The notes beneath the pieces are model-generated. The model was not told the DNA's origin and ran no database searches. It worked only from the letters and a program-made list of their open reading frames with translations. Of a stretch of 64,000 nt of DNA, positions 60,635 to 64,000 are shown one piece after another. The DNA comes from Hypanus sabinus. Taxonomy: Eukaryota. The translations under genes and the position numbers were made by a program. The stretch's first letter is position 1, and each line of letters begins with the position of its first letter. The stretch spans positions 33,046,001 to 33,110,000 of the forward strand of contig NC_082728.1 of assembly GCF_030144855.1 (NCBI RefSeq). The letters run 5' to 3'.

Positions 60635-63600
60635 GTGAGTCTTACTTCAGTGGTGGGCAAGTTGTTAAAGAAGATCCTGAGAGGCAGGATTTATAAGTAT
60701 TTGGAGAGACAATCTGACTAGGGATAAGCGGCATGGCTTTGTCAAGGGCAGGTCATGCCTCAGGAACCTGATTGAATTATTTGAGGATGTAATAAGACAC
60801 ATTGATGAAGGTAGAGCAGCGGATGGAGTGAATATTGATTTCAATAAGGCATTTAATAATGTTCCCCATGTGATGCTCATTCAGAAAGTAATGAGGCATG
60901 GGATACAAGGAGACATTGCTTTCTTGATCCAGAGCTGGCTTAACCACAGAAGGCGAAGTGTGGTCGTCGATGGTTCATGTTCTGCATGGAGGACGGTGAC
61001 CAGTAGTGTTCTGCAGAGATCTGTTCTGGGTTGACTCCTTTGATTTTTGTATTATCTTTCTTTTTACAATATTTTTATTCAGAAGAAAAAAAAAGATTTA
61101 CAGAGTGCAACACATAGATACATCTCAACATAACTTGTGTACATTCATATATTGTAAAAAAATTGATCAAAATGTTACAGCATAACACATAAAGGTATAC
61201 CACTCTGTAATCAAAAATTTAAAGATAGGTCATACATCATAAAAGAAATTTTTTATATATATTAAAACAGTCAACCCCTACCAACTACCAAAGAAAAAAG
61301 CTGATGGATGACAATGGATAATTAGAAAAAAACATATTCACTTAAGAAGAGAAGATAAAAATATACATAAAAGTCTGTGCACTGTTAAACATTATAAATT
61401 GGAAAAGGAATTTAGGAAAGGTCCCCAAATTTCATAAAAAGATTGTTTCGAATTTAAGACTGAGCAGCGGATCTTTTCTAAATTTAAATATGACATAATA
61501 TCACGTAGCCATTGAAGATGTGTAGGAGGGGTAGGCTCCTTCCATTTAAGCAAGATTGCTCTTCTTGCTAAAAGAGAGGTAAAAACTAAAACCTGTAGGT
61601 TAGGAGTATTTAAAGTTATATCTTCATTTGCAATACTACCAAACAAGACAGTAAAGATATTTGGGTCAAATTGGACCGTAAAAAGTTGTGAAAAGTTATG
61701 GAATACTTCCCGCCAAAACTTTTCAATTGTAGGGCAAAACCAAAACATATGAATTAAGGAGGCATCAACAGAGTTGCATTTATTACAAAGTGGAGAAACG
61801 TTCGGGTAAAAACTGGAGAGCTTCTGTTTAGAAATGTAAGCTCTATGAACCACTTTAAATTGTAGAAGAGAATGACGAGCACAGAAAGTTGATTTATTAA
61901 CCCGTTTAAGAATTTTATTCCATCTATCATCAGAAATCTGACAATTTAGGTCATCCTCCCAAGCTTTTTTTTATTTTATCTAAAAAGTCTTGTCCAGAAT
62001 CAATCAACAAGTTATAGATACCGGTAATAGAACCATTAACAAAAGGTTTTAAATTTAAAAGATCATCCAGTAAATTTTTATCAGGACCTATAGGAAAAGT
62101 AGCTAATTGGAAAAATAGAAAATTTCTAATTTGAAGATATCTGTAAAAATGTGATTTTGGGAGTGCAAATTTATTTGACAATTGGTCAAATGAAGCAAGA
62201 GATCCTGAGATAAACAGGTCCAAAAAAAAAACACTTAATACCTAATTCATCCCAATCTTTAAAGACTATATCAGTCATGGAAGGGATACAAAAATAATTA
62301 AGGAGAATGGGAGATGATAATGAAAAATTTACTAAACCAAAAAATGTTCTAAATTGAGACCAGATCCTTAAAGTTTGCTTAACAATTATGTTATCTGTTG
62401 TTTTATTTGCTGAAAAAGAAGAGTATGATCCATGAAGAGAGACAATAGAGGAATTTTTTTACAGAATTAACTTCTAAGGAGACCCATGATGGGCAATCTT
62501 TACGATAAATATATTAGGACCACAAAGTAATATTCCTTATATTGACAGCCCAATAATAAAACCTAAAATTCGGTAGGTCTAGTCCATCCATCTCTTTATT
62601 GCTTTGTAAGTAAACTTTACTTAAATGAGCTTGTTTATTATTCCAAATATAAGAGGTTAAAATTGAATCTAAAGAATCAAAGTATGTCTTAGGAATAAAA
62701 ATAGGTAAGGCCTGAAAAAGATATAAAAATTTAGGAAGAATCTTGATTTTAATCGAATTAATTCGGCCAATTAGGGATAAGGAAAGAGGGGACCATTTAG
62801 AAAGCGTCTTTTTCACATAATACAATAAGGGCTTTAAGTTTTCTTTGAATAAATTCTTGAAGTTTTTAGTAATTGTTACACCTAGATATGTAAATTGACT
62901 TGTAACAACTTTGAACGGAAATTTGGCATTTGATGATATTAGGTCATTTAAAGGAAATAACTCACTTTTATGTAGGTTCAGCTTATATCCCGAAAAAGAA
63001 CCAAACTGGGAGATTAAAGAAAGAACCAAAGGTAAAGAAGTTTCAGTGTTAGAGATAAAATGTAAAATATCATCAGAGTATAATGAAATCTTATGAGACA
63101 TACCTTCGGTTAGTATACCAGAAATGTCCTTAGATTCTCGAAGTGCTATTGCTAAGGGTACTATAGCTAAAGCAAAAAGTAAAGGACTAAGAGGACACCC
63201 TTGTCTAGTTCCCTGCTGTAATTTAAAGGGCTTAGAAATTTGGGAGTTAGTAATAACTTGAGCGGTAGGAGACAAGTAGATTAATTTAACTCATCAAATA
63301 AAATTAGGCCCAAAATTAAACTTTTCTATGTCTTAAATGATCTGTATTATAAATGATCTGGATGAGGAAGTAGAAGGGTGGGTTAGTACATTTCCTGATG
63401 ATGCCAAAGTTGGAGGTGTTGTGAATAGTCTGGAGAGTTGTCAGAGATTACAGTTGGACATCGATAGGATGTAGAAATGGGCTGAAAAGTGGCAGACAGA
63501 ATTCAACCCAAGTAAGTGTGAAGTGGTTCATTTTGGTAGGTCAAATTTGAAGACAGAATATAATATTAATGGTAAGACTCTTGGCAGTGTGGAGGATCTG

Positions 63601-64000
63601 GGGGATTTTGAGCTCCATGTCTGTAGGACACTCAAAGCTGCTGCATAGTGTACAGATTGACAGTGTTGATAAGAAGGCATATGGTGTGTTGGCATTCATC
63701 AACCATCAGATTTAGTTCAAGAGCTGGGAGGTAATGTTACAACTATGTAAAACCTTAGTTACACCCCACTTGGGTACTGTGTTCAGTTCTGGTCACCTCA
63801 CTACAGGAAGGATATGGATGCTATAGAGAGAGTGCAGAGGAGATTTACAAGGATGTTGCCTAGATTGGAGAGTATACCTTATGAAAATAGGTTGAGTGAA
63901 CCTGGCCTTTTCTCCTTGGAGCAGTGGAAGATGAGAGGTGACCTGCTTGAGGTGTATAAGTTGATGAGAGGCATTAATCATGTGGAAAGCCAGAGGGATT
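60635..64000 (+). mobile_element. CR1 LINE RT region split by an L1/Tx1 insertion (CR1 parts about 60635-61035 and 63336-64000)
   Basis: IDFNKAFNNVPH...QRSVLG on the left continues as INDLDEEVEGWVSTFPDDAK on the right. Confidence 0.85.
61050..63335 (-). mobile_element. L1/Tx1-clade LINE, 5-prime truncated, antisense inside CR1
   Basis: GTRQGCPLSPLLF and SLYSDD (RT), C-terminal CNKC...HMFWFC zinc motif, AATAAA at 61074-61079 (minus) and an A-rich tail. Confidence 0.9.

Noticed and set aside
1-64000. tRNA, rRNA or snRNA genes; gene symbol for the Ig genes (CD274, PDCD1LG2, NCR3LG1, HHLA2)
   Set aside because: No structural RNA sequence was recognised. The IgV resembles B7-H6/HHLA2 in places and the IgC resembles PD-L, so orthology cannot be assigned without phylogeny and synteny.

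Overview
Eukaryotic vertebrate genomic DNA, inferred to be from a cartilaginous fish (probably a ray or skate) from its CR1/Penelope/Rex1/Tc1/hAT repeat content. Most of the window is transposable-element debris. Host genes: two tandem minus-strand paralogues of a divergent B7-family-like Ig-superfamily gene. Paralogue 1 (215-707) shows only its signal-peptide and IgV exons and runs off the left edge. Paralogue 2 (about 9.9-18.9 kb) can be assembled with consistent phase-1 GT-AG introns as signal peptide, IgV, IgC, a duplicated IgC, stalk/TM and a candidate tail exon (about 362 aa). Both IgV domains lack the canonical F-strand Cys and C-strand Trp but carry an extra A-strand Cys, and the IgC has 8 Cys. 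The centre (26.4-44.5 kb) is a four-layer nest: a CR1 LINE interrupted by a Tf1/sushi-type chromovirus, which is interrupted by a class I (gamma/epsilon-like) endogenous retrovirus, which is interrupted by a hAT DNA transposon. The chromovirus has an 11-nt self-priming PBS signature. The ERV Pol carries a 2H-phosphoesterase (CNPase-like) domain upstream of RT, and the hAT appears to have undergone an internal inversion. The right third is a second TE pile (Tigger, Tc1, Nimb/I-like LINE, ZNF862-like hAT, MITE, CR1, L1/Tx1). No rRNA, tRNA gene or CRISPR array is supported. All calls come from manual reading; no database searches were run.
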